Below are positions 63,076 through 64,000 of a DNA stretch of 64,000 nucleotides, in pieces (position 1 is the first letter of the stretch; every line of letters begins with the position of its first letter). The stretch covers positions 61,607 through 125,606 of the IMG/VR virus record IMGVR_UViG_3300045012_000181. The stretch is one strand, 5' to 3'. The stretch comes from a virus. A program made the translations under genes and the position numbers. Below the pieces are notes generated by a model. The model was not told the DNA's origin. It was given only the letters and a program-made list of their open reading frames with translations, and searched no databases.

Positions 63076-63663
63076 CTAGGACAAGATGGTATGCCAAATG
63101 CTGTTGCTATTCCAGTCGTTGGGACCGTAGAGCCTGGAGAGGTCCTTGGCCTTAACAATACTAGGGAAAAACTCATCTACGGCCTGCATGACACCGGGCC
63201 AAGCCGTGGCGTAGTCATGACCACAGAACAGCCCGCCGGATGCACACAAGGGCCTCCAGGCCTCTATGTCGGCTCGCACGCTCTCGTAGTCATGAGAGGC
63301 GTCTATGAAAATCATGTCGAATTTCCTATCGGACAGGGTCTTTGCACCCTCCAACGAGGTCATACGCATAGGCACAACCACGTCACAATAGGACCCCAGA
63401 TTGGCCTTAAAGGTCTCAAATAGCCAGTTTGAGGGCTTGTCGGCCAGCAGGGGCTTTAACTCCTCGGAGCCCTCCCAAGTGTCGATGGCCCAGACCATTC
63501 CGGGTGTGTTCACGGCCAGCGCAGTTGTAGAACGCCCCATCCAGGAGCCTACTTCCACGATACGGCTGTGCGTGCGGGCCTGATTGGCCAGCCAAGTGAG
63601 CTCGGTGGGGTTCATCCAACCGTCGATTTTTAGAGACCGAGAGATGTCAGGGATTTTTGTCAA
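63076..63663 (-). CDS. Class I SAM-dependent methyltransferase (Methyltransf_24-like)
   Basis: VEVGSWMGRST, IDTWEGS, FDMIFIDASHDYE.V.ADI..W..L...GG..CGHDY. Confidence 0.88.
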   Translation of the reverse strand: MTKIPDISRSLKIDGWMNPTELTWLANQARTHSRIVEVGSWMGRSTTALAVNTPGMVWAIDTWEGSEELKPLLADKPSNWLFETFKANLGSYCDVVVPMRMTSLEGAKTLSDRKFDMIFIDASHDYESVRADIEAWRPLCASGGLFCGHDYATAWPGVMQAVDEFFPSIVKAKDLSRLYGPNDWNSNSIWHTILS

Positions 63664-63783
63664 ATAAGTCCTGGAGTGAAAAAGCGTCCGCTACGCGTGA
63701 CGCAGATGCAAAACAAGTACGTGCCAAATCGTGTTTTTGCAACCACTTGGAGGGATTTATTTTTGGAGTGCACCGCAAGCGTG

Positions 63784-64000
63784 CTAGAAGGGCCTCTGGG
63801 TATCGATTCTGAGGCGTATTAGGCGCTTGCTAATGGCCTGATGACTCATGGAAAGGGCCTCTCCGATTTCCTCCTGTGTTAGACCGTCTTGGAGCATCTT
63901 GGCGATGGCCCTATCGGTGCCATCCAGGCTTTTTAACCACTCGTCAAATAACAGGCGCTTCTCCGCGGTGAGCTCCTTAGAGGCCCCCAGAGTATTTTCA
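63784..64000 (-). CDS. Sigma-70 region-4-like HTH protein, C-terminal fragment
   Basis: Manual translation ..LDGTDRAIAKMLQDGLTQEEIGEALSMSHQAISKRL.. Confidence 0.7.
   Translation of the reverse strand, partial: ENTLGASKELTAEKRLLFDEWLKSLDGTDRAIAKMLQDGLTQEEIGEALSMSHQAISKRLIRLRIDTQRPF

Noticed and set aside
1-64000. CRISPR array, canonical tRNA, integrase/att site, terminase, intein, alternative genetic code
   Set aside because: None seen by eye; long ORFs read through under code 11 and all three stop codons are used

Overview
A 64-kb slice of a tailed dsDNA phage genome with two convergent arms. The + arm (1-49.5 kb) is morphogenesis and lysis: many small S/T-rich virion-type proteins, a secreted-type GH16/beta-helix enzyme, portal, scaffold, an N4-gp56-type major capsid protein, GH108 endolysin, holin, two tailspikes, two paralogous head-tail adaptors, a nozzle protein and three ejection-type proteins ending in a 3189-aa giant. 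This layout is podovirus-like. The - arm (49.5-64 kb) is replication and host take-over: a UDG-PolA fusion, RepA-type helicase, exonuclease, AAA_24 ATPase/SSB pair, Dam-type methylase, dNTP hydrolases, a Tad1-like protein and a sigma-like HTH. Seven free-standing homing-type endonucleases are scattered through both arms. No terminase, integrase, CRISPR array or canonical tRNA was seen. An Acidobacteria-like soil host is inferred from protein architecture only. The most unusual signals are non-coding or translational: (1) a ~280-nt structured RNA in front of the polymerase containing a circularly permuted, tip-closed type-II tRNA-like fold; (2) a prfB-type CUU-UGA-C +1 frameshift cassette that would build the HAD catalytic motif; (3) ATT/ATC starts on virion genes; (4) a 170-bp IS1595-like MITE carrying a membrane peptide and splitting an HNH gene. 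All family assignments come from motif recognition by eye, not database searches.
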